Source: Candidatus Micrarchaeota archaeon
GTDB taxonomy: Archaea; Micrarchaeota; Micrarchaeia; Micrarchaeales; CABMGC01
Direction: 5' to 3'
NCBI GenBank assembly: GCA_027365725.1
Contig: DAHXMA010000025.1
Location: 26,611-90,610 of the forward strand
Length of the DNA stretch: 64,000 nt
Shown: piece by piece, positions 54,667 to 63,855 of the stretch
Numbering within the stretch: the stretch's first letter is position 1
How the letters are laid out: each line of letters begins with the position of its first letter
Translations under genes and position numbers: made by a program
The notes under the pieces: model-generated
The model's input: only the letters and a program-made list of their open reading frames with translations
Databases searched by the model: none
What the model was told of the DNA's origin: nothing

Positions 54667-55400
54667 TACTGGAAATAAAAAACTTGAGCGCAGAAGTGGA
54701 GAAGCGTAGCGTGCTTAAAGGCCTCAATCTGAGGATTGGCGAAGATGAGCTGCATGTGCTTATGGGGCCCAACGGCTCAGGCAAGACCACCCTTGCAAAA
54801 GTAATAATGGGACATCCTCAGGTAAGGATAACCGGAGGAAGCATAACGGCTGACGGAAAGGAGATAAATGACATGCCTGTCAACGAGAGGGCCAAGCTGG
54901 GCCTATTCCTAGAATTTCAAAACCCTGTTGAGATAGAAGGGCTAGGCATTGTCAACTTCCTCAACTCTGCAAGGGGCGCCCTAAACAAGGAGAAGATTGG
55001 CTACAAAGAATTCATGTCTGAAATAAAGCAGAACTCCGACAGGCTTAAGCTAAGGGACGACCTCCTGGGGCGGTCGCTCAACTATGGGTTCTCCGGCGGC
55101 GAAAAGAAGAAGATGGAGATACTCCAGATGGCAATGCTTAAGCCAAAGCTCGCGATACTCGATGAACCGGACTCTGGCCTAGACATAGACGCGGTCAAAA
55201 TAGTGGCTGAGAACATAAACGAGTTCAGGAAAAAGAACAGGTCAAGCGTGCTGCTCATAACCCACTACAGCCGCATACTAAACTACATGGAGCCGCAGTT
55301 CATACACGTGATGGACGACGGCAGGATTGGCAGGGAGGGGGGAAAAGAGCTTCTTGCCGATATAGAGAAGACGGGATACGGGACGGATGATGCAGAATGA
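54663..55400 (+). CDS. sufC: Fe-S cluster assembly ATPase SufC
   Basis: LEIKNLSA, Walker A GPNGSGKTT, signature FSGGEKKK, Walker B ILDEPDSGLDIDA and ITHY. ATGA overlap with the sufD stop. Confidence 0.92.
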   Translation: MILEIKNLSAEVEKRSVLKGLNLRIGEDELHVLMGPNGSGKTTLAKVIMGHPQVRITGGSITADGKEINDMPVNERAKLGLFLEFQNPVEIEGLGIVNFLNSARGALNKEKIGYKEFMSEIKQNSDRLKLRDDLLGRSLNYGFSGGEKKKMEILQMAMLKPKLAILDEPDSGLDIDAVKIVAENINEFRKKNRSSVLLITHYSRILNYMEPQFIHVMDDGRIGREGGKELLADIEKTGYGTDDAE

Positions 55401-56644
55401 CATCAATTGACGTCGATAAAATACGGATGGACTTCCCGATACTGAGCACCAAGCAGAACGGCAAACCGCTGGTATACCTTGACAGCGCCTCTACGTCGCA
55501 GAAGCCGCTAAGCGTCATAGAAGCAGTTGGCGACTATTACAGGACTTATAATTCAAACATACACCGCGGCATTTACAAAATATCGGTAAAATCCACAGAG
55601 GCGTACCAGAGATCAAAGGAGCTTGCGGCAAAGCTGATAAATGCAGATTCATATGAAGATATGATATACTGCAGAAACACCACAGATGCAATAAACATAG
55701 CTGCACTCTCCTATGCAGAGCCCCTAATAGAAAAGGGAGACCACATACTGATAACGGAAATGGAGCACCACAGCAACATAGTCCCGTGGATGATGCTTGC
55801 CCGCCGCAAAGGCGCAATACTCGACCATTCCCGCCTGCTTGACAAATCCTTCGTCGACATGGAAGATTTCCGGGCAAAACTTGAGCTCAAGCCAAAGATG
55901 GTGGCATTCACCCACGCGTCAAATGTGCTAGGCACAATAAACGACGCCAAATCAATGACCAAAATGGCACACGAATACGGCGCCACTGTCCTGCTCGACG
56001 GGGCACAGTCCGTGCCTCACATGAAGGTCGATGTCAAATCCATAGACTGCGATTTCCTGGCATTCTCAAGCCATAAAATGCTCGGCCCCTCTGGCATAGG
56101 GATACTGTATGGAAAAGGCGATCTGCTGGAGAAGATAACCCCTGCAATAGTGGGCAGCGACATGATACGCTCTGTTACGTTCGAGTCTGCCGAATGGAAC
56201 GAGCTGCCATGGAAATTTGAGTCTGGAACGCCAAACATAGAGGGCGGAATAGGTTTTGGAGCTGCAATAGAGTACCTCGAAGGAATAGGCATGGATAGCA
56301 TACGCAATCACGACCTAGAGCTTACGGGATACGCACTTAAGAGGCTCTCCGAAGTAGACGGCATAAGGCTCTACGGGCCGGGGGAGAAGGATCTTTCAAA
56401 GCGTGTCGGCGCCATATCGTTTGGTATGGAAGGCGCGCACCCGCACGATATAGCAACTGTACTTGACAGCGAGGGCATTGCGGTAAGGGCCGGTCACCAC
56501 TGCGCCATGCCGCTTGTTAATTCGGTGCTCAAGCAGCCCGCAGTTACAAGAATGAGCTTCTACCTGTACAACAAGAAAGAGGAGATCGACCTGGCAGTGG
56601 ATGCGCTAGAGAAGGTAAAGAAGGTTTTGAGAATAGGCGCCTGA
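55397..56644 (+). CDS. sufS: cysteine desulfurase, SufS-type (class V aminotransferase)
   Basis: IHRGIYKIS, EHHSNIVPW, PLP-lysine context FSSHKMLGPSGIG and catalytic-loop RAGHHCAMPL. ATGA overlap with the sufC stop. Confidence 0.9.
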   Translation: MTSIDVDKIRMDFPILSTKQNGKPLVYLDSASTSQKPLSVIEAVGDYYRTYNSNIHRGIYKISVKSTEAYQRSKELAAKLINADSYEDMIYCRNTTDAINIAALSYAEPLIEKGDHILITEMEHHSNIVPWMMLARRKGAILDHSRLLDKSFVDMEDFRAKLELKPKMVAFTHASNVLGTINDAKSMTKMAHEYGATVLLDGAQSVPHMKVDVKSIDCDFLAFSSHKMLGPSGIGILYGKGDLLEKITPAIVGSDMIRSVTFESAEWNELPWKFESGTPNIEGGIGFGAAIEYLEGIGMDSIRNHDLELTGYALKRLSEVDGIRLYGPGEKDLSKRVGAISFGMEGAHPHDIATVLDSEGIAVRAGHHCAMPLVNSVLKQPAVTRMSFYLYNKKEEIDLAVDALEKVKKVLRIGA

Positions 56645-56648
56645 TTGC

Positions 56649-57290
56649 CTATGAGCCTATATAGTCCTGTCTTGATATTACCATGACTATTATGTCCTCA
56701 AAATCCATGCTGCTCCTGCGCTCCGAGGCAACATACAGCCCAGCGCCTATTACTTCATCCACAAGCATGTCAACATTTCCAACTGAGCTTACTGCAAGCA
56801 CAATTTCCCCGCCCTCCTCCATGAATCCAGGCGCCTGCTTAACGAATTTTATTGCAACTTCCACCCCAGACTCGCCTCCGTACCAGGCATTGGCCAATTT
56901 ATCGCCTTTTCCTTCAGGAAGATAAGGCGAGTTGAACAGGATCAAATCGAATTTGCCAGTCACATCTGAAAAAAGATCGCTTTTGACCACGTCGCACTGT
57001 GCATAAAGCATGTCCCTGTTTGTTTCTATATTCCTCCTGCACAGCTCTATTGCATTGTCATCCTTATCAGCAAAAACTACTGCTGAAACATTGGGTTTGG
57101 ATGCAGCATAAAGCCCCAGGATGCCACTGCCGCATCCCATATCCAGGACCCTGACACTCCCTCCAAGCTTCTCAAGCTCCCCCGAAATTACCTCTGCGCA
57201 TAAGATGGAATCCTCTGCAGGGTCATATACTTTCTCATTTGTAAGTATTTCAAGCCCTTCATATTCCATGCCATTTATCTTGTTGGTCAT
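56649..57290 (-). CDS. class I SAM-dependent methyltransferase, HemK/Mtq2-like (N5-glutamine type)
   Basis: VLDMGCGSGILG (motif I) and FDLILFNSPYLP (an NPPY-type motif). Start set to ATG 57290. The track TTG start is at 57332. Confidence 0.7.
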   Translation of the reverse strand: MTNKINGMEYEGLEILTNEKVYDPAEDSILCAEVISGELEKLGGSVRVLDMGCGSGILGLYAASKPNVSAVVFADKDDNAIELCRRNIETNRDMLYAQCDVVKSDLFSDVTGKFDLILFNSPYLPEGKGDKLANAWYGGESGVEVAIKFVKQAPGFMEEGGEIVLAVSSVGNVDMLVDEVIGAGLYVASERRSSMDFEDIIVMVISRQDYIGS

Positions 57291-57320
57291 AAATATATAC
57301 CTTTCACGCCAGAGTAGTAG

Positions 57321-59117
57321 TTGGTCGCACAAGATGCGGCGGCGCAGTGCATGTTATTCGATGAACTATCACAATATTACGTGAAACTTGAGGAAACGTC
57401 TTCCAGGCTCGAAATGGTAGATATACTCTCTGACATGTTTTCAAGGGCAGTTCCAGAAGAAATAAGCAGCATTATCTATATAACCCAGGGCGTGCTGGGT
57501 CCTTCATTTGAGGGCCTGCAGGTCGGCGTTGCTGAAAAGTTCGCAGAGTCTGCAATAGCAATGGCAAGCGGGTATCATGCAGAAGATGTTGTAAAGGCCT
57601 TCAGAAAAAGCGGCGATTTGGGACTATGCGCAGAAGAATTTATTAAAAAAAGCAAGCTTCGTTCACTTTCAAAAAAGCAGCTTAGCGTAGTAGATATTTT
57701 CCGGTCAATGCTAAAGATAGCAAACACATCCGGCACAGGAAGCCAGGCAGGAAAGATAAAGATACTAGTCGAAATGCTGACTTCGTCATCCCCAATCGAG
57801 TCAAGATACATAATCCGCTTCGCGTTGGGAAAGCTAAGGCTAGGCGCAGGCGATGCAACCATAATAGAGGCGCTGTCAAAAACATATGCAGGCAGCAGAA
57901 ATTCAAAGCCCATATTCGAGAATGCATATAACATATGCAGCGATCTGGGAAAAGTAGGTGAAACTGCAAGCAAAAGCGGCGTAATTGGCGTTGGCAAAAT
58001 AAGAGTAACGCTGTTCAGCCCCATTCGACCTGCGCTGGCAGAGCGCCTGCCTACCGCAGAAAACATACTTGAAAAGATGGGCGGTAAGTGTGCAGTAGAA
58101 AGCAAGTACGACGGGCTTCGGGCGCAGGTGCATATGAGCCGCGGCGGGCGCAGGGCCAGGATATTCTCCAGGAATCTTGAGGACATAACCGAGATGTTTC
58201 CTGACATATGCAAGGCCGCTTTTTCTGAAATCAAGGCGGACAGCATAATACTGGAGGGCGAAGCGATATCCTATGATGATATTACTGGCGAATTTAGGCC
58301 TTTTCAGGAGACTATCCAGAGAAAGAGAAAGCACGGCGTTCAGGAGAAAAGCGAGGAGCTTCCAGTGCATCTTTTCGCGTTCGACCTGATGTACATTGAC
58401 GGAGAAGACCTTATGGCAAAACCGTATGAAGAAAGGAGGAAAAGGCTAGAATCTGCAGTAAGCGGCGCCGGGCTCATACGTTTCTCAAACAGGATAATTG
58501 CGACATCGGCCAAGCAGATAGAGGAATATTTCAATAATGCTGTCGAGCAGGGCCTGGAAGGCATAGTCGCAAAGGATATGGGCTCCGTTTATGTGGCCGG
58601 GGCCAGAAAGTTCAGCTGGATAAAGCTGAAAAGGAGCTACAGGGGAGAGCTTTCAGATACCCTTGACCTTGTCATATTGGGCTATTATCTTGGGAAAGGC
58701 CAGAGAACGGAGTTCGGCCTAGGAGGGCTTCTTGCAGGCGTTTACAACGAAAGCAAGGATACTTTTGAGACAGTATCTAAAATAGGCACAGGCTTTAGCG
58801 AGAAGCAGATGTCGTCCCTTGGAAAATCCCTAAGGGCGATACGGCTTACCAAGATGCCGGCAAGGGTTGAGTCCGTAGTTGCGCCAGATTTTTGGGTCGA
58901 GCCCAAATACATCGTCACTGTAAGGGCCGACGAGATAACCCGCTCTCCGATGCATACATGCGGAAAGACGCAGCAATCCGATGCAGGCTATGCACTCAGA
59001 TTCCCAAGGCTTGTAAGCGACGGCATAAGAACTGACAAGTCCGCGGAGGATGCCACAACAACAAAAGAGATAATAGAGATGTTCAATTTGCAGCGTAAAG
59101 TCAGAGTGAGCAAATAG
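57321..59117 (+). CDS. lig: ATP-dependent DNA ligase
   Basis: Adenylation motif I ESKYDGLRAQVH, then EGEAI, FAFDLMY, EGIVAK, WIKLK, and C-terminal OB-fold LRFPR. TTG 57321 is 21 nt from an ATATATA-rich box. Alternative ATG at 57351. Confidence 0.92.
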   Translation: MVAQDAAAQCMLFDELSQYYVKLEETSSRLEMVDILSDMFSRAVPEEISSIIYITQGVLGPSFEGLQVGVAEKFAESAIAMASGYHAEDVVKAFRKSGDLGLCAEEFIKKSKLRSLSKKQLSVVDIFRSMLKIANTSGTGSQAGKIKILVEMLTSSSPIESRYIIRFALGKLRLGAGDATIIEALSKTYAGSRNSKPIFENAYNICSDLGKVGETASKSGVIGVGKIRVTLFSPIRPALAERLPTAENILEKMGGKCAVESKYDGLRAQVHMSRGGRRARIFSRNLEDITEMFPDICKAAFSEIKADSIILEGEAISYDDITGEFRPFQETIQRKRKHGVQEKSEELPVHLFAFDLMYIDGEDLMAKPYEERRKRLESAVSGAGLIRFSNRIIATSAKQIEEYFNNAVEQGLEGIVAKDMGSVYVAGARKFSWIKLKRSYRGELSDTLDLVILGYYLGKGQRTEFGLGGLLAGVYNESKDTFETVSKIGTGFSEKQMSSLGKSLRAIRLTKMPARVESVVAPDFWVEPKYIVTVRADEITRSPMHTCGKTQQSDAGYALRFPRLVSDGIRTDKSAEDATTTKEIIEMFNLQRKVRVSK

Positions 59118-59134
59118 CATTCAAAGGCGTGTAA

Positions 59135-59488
59135 ATGGCCGTACTTAAACGAATAGATCCGATATCTATGGGAAAAATGGCAGCGATAGTGTACTCAGTG
59201 TTAGGGCTACTGTTTGGAATAGTTTTCAGCCTGTTTGCAGCTTTGCTGTCCGGAGTAACATCTAGTATTGCAAGCACTGCACCATCCCAATCCTTGCCTT
59301 CGCTTCCAGTCCCGTTGCCTAATCTTAATCTAGGCCCGCTATTGGTATTTGCAGGGGTATTTGGGATAGTTGTATCCGCAATATTTGCAGGCATATTCGG
59401 CTTTATAATCGGCGCTGTAGGAGCAATCCTGTACAATTTCATAGCATCTAAGTTCGGAGGCATATCAATAGAAATATCCGACAGGTAA
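59135..59488 (+). CDS. small membrane protein (DUF3566-like architecture)
   Basis: 117 aa. KMAAIVYSVLGLLFGIVFSLFAALL...GAVGAILYNFIASKFGGISIEI resembles the two-TM DUF3566-type domain. The assignment is tentative. Confidence 0.5.
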   Translation: MAVLKRIDPISMGKMAAIVYSVLGLLFGIVFSLFAALLSGVTSSIASTAPSQSLPSLPVPLPNLNLGPLLVFAGVFGIVVSAIFAGIFGFIIGAVGAILYNFIASKFGGISIEISDR

Positions 59489-59489
59489 A

Positions 59490-59804
59490 TCAGATTGCGC
59501 CTTCCCTTCTAAGTATGGCTGCCTTAATCTTCTTTCCTCGCCCGCTGCTTCCAGAGTAGCTGCCAATATCGCCGTCGCTGCGCACAACCCTGTGGCACGG
59601 TATTACGATTGGCAGCGGATTATTCTTAAGGGCAGTGCCAACCGCACGGAATGCCTTAGGCTTGCCAATTGCCTCGGCAATCTGCTTGTATGTCCTTGTC
59701 TTCCCCCTCGGTATGTCAAGGGTTGCCCTAAGCACGTCAAATTCAAACCTGCTTATCTTAAATTTTCTAAGCCTTTCAATGGCCGCCTTTTTTGACACGC
59801 TCAT
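59490..59804 (-). CDS. ogt: methylated-DNA--protein-cysteine methyltransferase (Ogt/MGMT, C-terminal DNA-binding domain only)
   Basis: IPRGKTRTYKQIAEAIG...RAVGTALKNNPLPIVIPCHRVV with the PCHRV active site. Start set to ATG 59804 (104 aa). The track ORF extends to 59924. Confidence 0.85.
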   Translation of the reverse strand: MSVSKKAAIERLRKFKISRFEFDVLRATLDIPRGKTRTYKQIAEAIGKPKAFRAVGTALKNNPLPIVIPCHRVVRSDGDIGSYSGSSGRGKKIKAAILRREGAI

Positions 59805-60009
59805 GATGCATTTTATGTAAGGAAATTTAATATACTGTTGCAGGCAGGGCCAAAAACCTGAAATAAGCAAAATTAATTTTGCAAGCAATTTGCATTTAAA
59901 TGCAATTTTATTGCCAAATTTCATATCCTAAAAGTCAATATTATTTACTCTGATATATGAAATAATACATACAGTTACTGCTATTCTCTACTAAAAACTT
60001 TAGAAAAGC

Positions 60010-60017
60010 TATTTAAA
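60010..60017 (+). promoter_or_regulatory. TATA box (TATTTAAA) upstream of ftsZ1
   Basis: 33 nt upstream of ATG 60051. The same CTATTTAAAC string also occurs at 14829-14838. Confidence 0.4.
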
Positions 60018-60050
60018 CGTATTTGTGTTAACTCTTAATTAGGCGATAAC

Positions 60051-61097
60051 ATGGTAGAATTTGGAAATGAATTCCAGGGTAAGAGCGAGGAGGGAGCAAG
60101 CGGTTCCCCACAGATAAAGATAGTTACAGTTGGCGTTGGCGGCGGCGGCAACAACACGATAAACAGGCTTCTAAAGGTTGGAGTGAAGGGAACAGATTTG
60201 GTTGCAGTAAATACTGATGTAACTCACTTCAAGATAGTTGATGACAGGATAAAAAAGATACTTATAGGAAAGAGCCTTACACGCGGCTTAGGCGCAGGCG
60301 GCGACCCAGAAGTAGGGACCAAGGCGGCAGAAGCTGACAGGCAGGTGCTGGAAGAGGTCCTGAGCGGGGCACAGCTCGTATTCCTTTGCGCAGGAATGGG
60401 CGGAGGCACCGGCACAGGCGCAATACCTGTCATAGCCCAGATAGCAAAGGAGCAGGGGGCGATAGTAGTATCAATGGTAACATACCCATTCGATCTTGAA
60501 AGGGTAAGGAAAGTAAAGGCTGAGGACGGAATACAGAAACTTAGGAAATTCAGCGACAGCGTCATATTGCTGGACAACAACAGGCTTGTAAAGCTTGTTC
60601 CTAACCTTCCAATGAATGAGGCATTTGCAGTTGCAGATGACATACTCGCAAAGGCAATAGGCGGATTGGTGTGGACGATAACCCAGCCAAGCCTGATAAA
60701 CATAGACTTTGCCGATGTGAGGTCCATAATGGGAAGCGGTGATGTGGGCTTCATCTCAGTAGGAACTGGAAAGGGCAACGACAAGGTGGGATCCGCAGCA
60801 GAATCTGTGCTGAAAAACAAGCTCCTTGATGTAGATTTCGAGAATGCAAAAGGCGCTCTGATACACATATCCGGCGCATCTGACCTTAGCCTTGGAGACG
60901 CGATAAAGGCCGGAGAGATCATAACCGAAAGGATGGATCCAAAGGCTAACGTAAAATGGGGCGCTAGGATAATACCGGGCTATGAGGGGCAGCTGGAGAT
61001 AGTTGCCATAGTAACCGGGGTGCGCGGCTCGAGCATTGTCGGCAAGTTTGCCGACAGCCCGCAGCAGGTAAGGTATGGTGGCCTGGACATGATATGA
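60051..61097 (+). CDS. ftsZ: cell division GTPase FtsZ (paralog 1)
   Basis: GVGGGGNNTINR, tubulin signature GMGGGTGTGA and T7 loop NIDFADV. Confidence 0.93.
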   Translation: MVEFGNEFQGKSEEGASGSPQIKIVTVGVGGGGNNTINRLLKVGVKGTDLVAVNTDVTHFKIVDDRIKKILIGKSLTRGLGAGGDPEVGTKAAEADRQVLEEVLSGAQLVFLCAGMGGGTGTGAIPVIAQIAKEQGAIVVSMVTYPFDLERVRKVKAEDGIQKLRKFSDSVILLDNNRLVKLVPNLPMNEAFAVADDILAKAIGGLVWTITQPSLINIDFADVRSIMGSGDVGFISVGTGKGNDKVGSAAESVLKNKLLDVDFENAKGALIHISGASDLSLGDAIKAGEIITERMDPKANVKWGARIIPGYEGQLEIVAIVTGVRGSSIVGKFADSPQQVRYGGLDMI

Positions 61098-61125
61098 TGT
61101 CCTTGCCTTATATTTGGTGACCAGT

Positions 61126-62145
61126 ATGACAGACCAGTTTGACTACGACTCCTTCACTCCGAGGATAGCTGTTGTTGGAGTAGGCGGGCAGGGAAGCAAC
61201 CTAGTGAACAGATTGTTCAGCTACGGAATAAAAAGCGCGGATACGATAGCGGTGAACACGGACATAGGGCACTTGAACATGATAAAGGCCAACAAGAAGA
61301 TCCTGATAGGCAAGGACATAACAAATGGCCTTGGTGCCGGAGGATTTCCTGAAGTGGCCGCAAAGTGCGCCGATGTGAGCAGGGGAGAGATAGAGCAGGC
61401 TCTCGAAGGGTACAACCTTGTCTTTGTTGCAGCAGGAATGGGCGGAGGCACGGGCACGGGAGCCGCACCAATAGTGTCAAGAGTGGCAAGGGAGCTTGGC
61501 GCCACAGTGGTTGCAACCGTTACATATCCATTCTCACTTGAGCGTAGCAGGAGACTCAAGGCAGACTGGGGGCTGGAGCAGCTTAACAAGGAAGCAGACT
61601 GCACTATAGTGGTTGAAAATGACAAGCTTTTGTCATATGTGCCAAATCTTCCAATAGAAAAGGCATTCGAGGTCGTTGACAATGTTACCGGCAATGCGGT
61701 CAAGGGAATAGCCGATTGCATAACTCTGCCAAGCCTTATCAACCTTGATTTCGCGGATCTTAAGAATGTGGTAAGAAATACCGGGACTGCGGTAATAAGC
61801 CTTGGGTATGGAAGGGGATCAGACAGGGTTGAGCAGGCGATAAGGTCGACCAGGACGCATCCTCTCCTATCAGTAGACTATGACGGGGCAAAGGGTGGCC
61901 TCATACAGGTAGTGGGGGGCACGAGCCTGACCATAAGCGAGGCAACCCTAATAGGCGAAGGCGTCACAGACGGCGTAGCAGGCAATGCCAATGTCATATT
62001 CGGGGCAAGGATGCTTCCTGAGCTTAAGGATGAGATACGCGTCATGTCTGTTATAACCGGAGTAAAGGCAAAGTTCGGAGAGAGGCAGGAGCGCGAGGAG
62101 CGGGCGACAGCACTTAACATAGACACAATAGAGCGGATCTACTGA
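61126..62145 (+). CDS. ftsZ: cell division GTPase FtsZ (paralog 2)
   Basis: GVGGQGSNLVNR, GMGGGTGTGA and NLDFADL. ATG 61126 is in frame with the track TTG start at 61114. It lies 17-29 nt after ftsZ1. Confidence 0.9.
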   Translation: MTDQFDYDSFTPRIAVVGVGGQGSNLVNRLFSYGIKSADTIAVNTDIGHLNMIKANKKILIGKDITNGLGAGGFPEVAAKCADVSRGEIEQALEGYNLVFVAAGMGGGTGTGAAPIVSRVARELGATVVATVTYPFSLERSRRLKADWGLEQLNKEADCTIVVENDKLLSYVPNLPIEKAFEVVDNVTGNAVKGIADCITLPSLINLDFADLKNVVRNTGTAVISLGYGRGSDRVEQAIRSTRTHPLLSVDYDGAKGGLIQVVGGTSLTISEATLIGEGVTDGVAGNANVIFGARMLPELKDEIRVMSVITGVKAKFGERQEREERATALNIDTIERIY

Positions 62146-62269
62146 GGCTGCAATCTTAATTCGGATCGGCCGCGCAAAATGCACGGCCATTTTCTTGTTT
62201 TTAGCGCATCTTAGTCCGTTTAAGCATAGTAAGTTTTTTAAATTTGAATTTGCATGAAATTAACGTGAT

Positions 62270-62677
62270 TTGTTGCCAGACGAGATAACATACGGCTCAA
62301 TGAAGGACCTAAGGCCGGGAAAGTTCCTGCTTATAGACGGGGTCCCGTGCAGGGTGGTTGAGATAGATGTATCCTCTCCAGGCAAGCATGGCGCGGCAAA
62401 GATGCGCATAACTGCTGTAGGCATATTTGACGGGCAGAAGAAGACGCTGCTGAAGCCTAGCTCAGCAGACATAGAGGTGCCTGTCATAAACAAGAAGAAG
62501 GCGCAGGTTGTTTCGATAACGGAGAATATGGCACAGCTCATGGATCTTGACAGCTACGAGACCTATGAGGTGCCAATACCCGAAGAGCTCAAGGCGTCTT
62601 TAAAGCAGGGCTCGGAAGTCGAGGTAATGGAGAGCATGAACAGGAAGGCAATATCAAGAGTAATGGGTGGCGGCTGA
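62270..62677 (+). CDS. eif5a: translation initiation factor 5A (aIF5A)
   Basis: LRPGKFLLIDGVPCRVVEI and hypusine-site SSPGKHGAAKMR. TTG start. TTTTTAAAT box at ~62236-62245. Confidence 0.9.
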   Translation: MLPDEITYGSMKDLRPGKFLLIDGVPCRVVEIDVSSPGKHGAAKMRITAVGIFDGQKKTLLKPSSADIEVPVINKKKAQVVSITENMAQLMDLDSYETYEVPIPEELKASLKQGSEVEVMESMNRKAISRVMGGG

Positions 62678-62983
62678 ATGGAACTTAAGATAACAAGCGA
62701 TAGGGACAACGAACTACTTTCAAGGCGTGAAATAACTGCGCATGCATCATATGCGGACAAGACACCTGCAAAGGCAGAGGTGAAGGAAGAGCTGTGCAAG
62801 AAGCTAAACCTTGACCCGAACCTTGTCGAGATACGGGAAATCCGGCAGCAATACGGTTTAAGGGCCAGCGACATAACCGCATATTCTTATCATAGCAAGG
62901 AGGCAATGGATAAGCTATCAAAGAAGAGGGGGGCAAAAGGGGCAAAGCCAAAGGCCACAAGCGGCGCAACGGCTAGCGCATAA
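62678..62983 (+). CDS. rps24e: 30S ribosomal protein S24e
   Basis: DRDNELLSRREITAHASYADKTPAKAEVKEELCKKLN...YGLRASDITAYSYHSKEA. Confidence 0.88.
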   Translation: MELKITSDRDNELLSRREITAHASYADKTPAKAEVKEELCKKLNLDPNLVEIREIRQQYGLRASDITAYSYHSKEAMDKLSKKRGAKGAKPKATSGATASA

Positions 62984-62995
62984 GGGTATGATAAT

Positions 62996-63148
62996 ATGGC
63001 AGAGGATAAAAAGAAAAGCGCACCAGGATTCAAGTATACTCCCGCAAAGAAGTTCTGCCCCAAGTGCGGGGCAAGAATGGCTGCGCATTCGGATAGGTAT
63101 GCATGCGGCAGGTGTTCATACACAGAGTTCACCGGCTCAAAAGGTTAG
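62996..63148 (+). CDS. rps27ae: 30S ribosomal protein S27ae (zinc ribbon)
   Basis: Hand-translated 50-aa [53 protein letters not shown], with CxxC...CxxC. It is not in the track, whose ORF 62988-63179 is in another frame. Confidence 0.85.
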   Translation: MAEDKKKSAPGFKYTPAKKFCPKCGARMAAHSDRYACGRCSYTEFTGSKG

Positions 63149-63151
63149 CCG

Positions 63152-63853
63152 ATGCCTTACAAAAAGCGCAAGCGCATAAGCAATGCGCGCATATTTGCCA
63201 GGGCAGCGGTTTCATTCCTCATATTCATAGCGATATACTTCCTGCTATCCATCCTACTTACCGCATTCGTGTATCTTCTTTATGCATCCGGGTACATCGG
63301 GTACAACAACTATAACTTCCTTCTGGACGTTGCAGCACTGCTTCCCCTTTCAATAGCCGTTTTTGTATACATGCGCCTGTACAAGCGCATGAGCCTGCAA
63401 AAAATAAAGTCGGCTCTGGGTTTTGTGCCAAAAGGCATTGCAGCAAATGTAGCAATAGGCATCCTGATATTCCTAGTCATACTGGCATTTGAGATAGCAG
63501 TGGGCCTTGCAAGCGCAGCTACAAACGTGCCGATAAACACAAACGCTGACCTTGTATTTGCCGGAGCGCCCATGTGGTTCTATATCTTCGCTGCTGTAAT
63601 AGAGCCCATAAACGAAGAGATAATGTTCAGGGGATTCCTAGTGCCTAGGCTTGGCGTCATCTTAAGCGCGCTCATATTCGGCGCTGCCCATTATTCATAC
63701 TATTCCACATTCGGCATAGAGGTCATAGCCGCGTTCATATTCGGCACAATGGCTGGATATGTGTTCAAGAAGAAAAAATCAATATATCCAGGAATAGTTG
63801 CGCACATACTTGTCAATTCGCTTGCAGTGTTGGCACTTATCGGTGGAATTTAG
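63152..63853 (+). CDS. CPBP-family intramembrane glutamic endopeptidase (CAAX protease-like)
   Basis: EPINEEIMFRGF (EExxxR), FGAAHY (FxxxH) and AHILVNS (HxxxN) within a polytopic protein. Confidence 0.85.
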   Translation: MPYKKRKRISNARIFARAAVSFLIFIAIYFLLSILLTAFVYLLYASGYIGYNNYNFLLDVAALLPLSIAVFVYMRLYKRMSLQKIKSALGFVPKGIAANVAIGILIFLVILAFEIAVGLASAATNVPINTNADLVFAGAPMWFYIFAAVIEPINEEIMFRGFLVPRLGVILSALIFGAAHYSYYSTFGIEVIAAFIFGTMAGYVFKKKKSIYPGIVAHILVNSLAVLALIGGI

Positions 63854-63855
63854 CT

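Noticed and set aside
60224-61742. Long minus-strand ORFs (60224-60922 and 61221-61742).
   Set aside because: They are antisense to the two FtsZ genes, which carry complete tubulin signatures. These are shadow ORFs.
62988-63179. 63-aa track ORF after S24e.
   Set aside because: It is in a different frame from the 50-aa zinc-ribbon ORF 62996-63148. That ORF has the S27ae CxxC...CxxC pattern and the canonical S24e-S27ae gene order.
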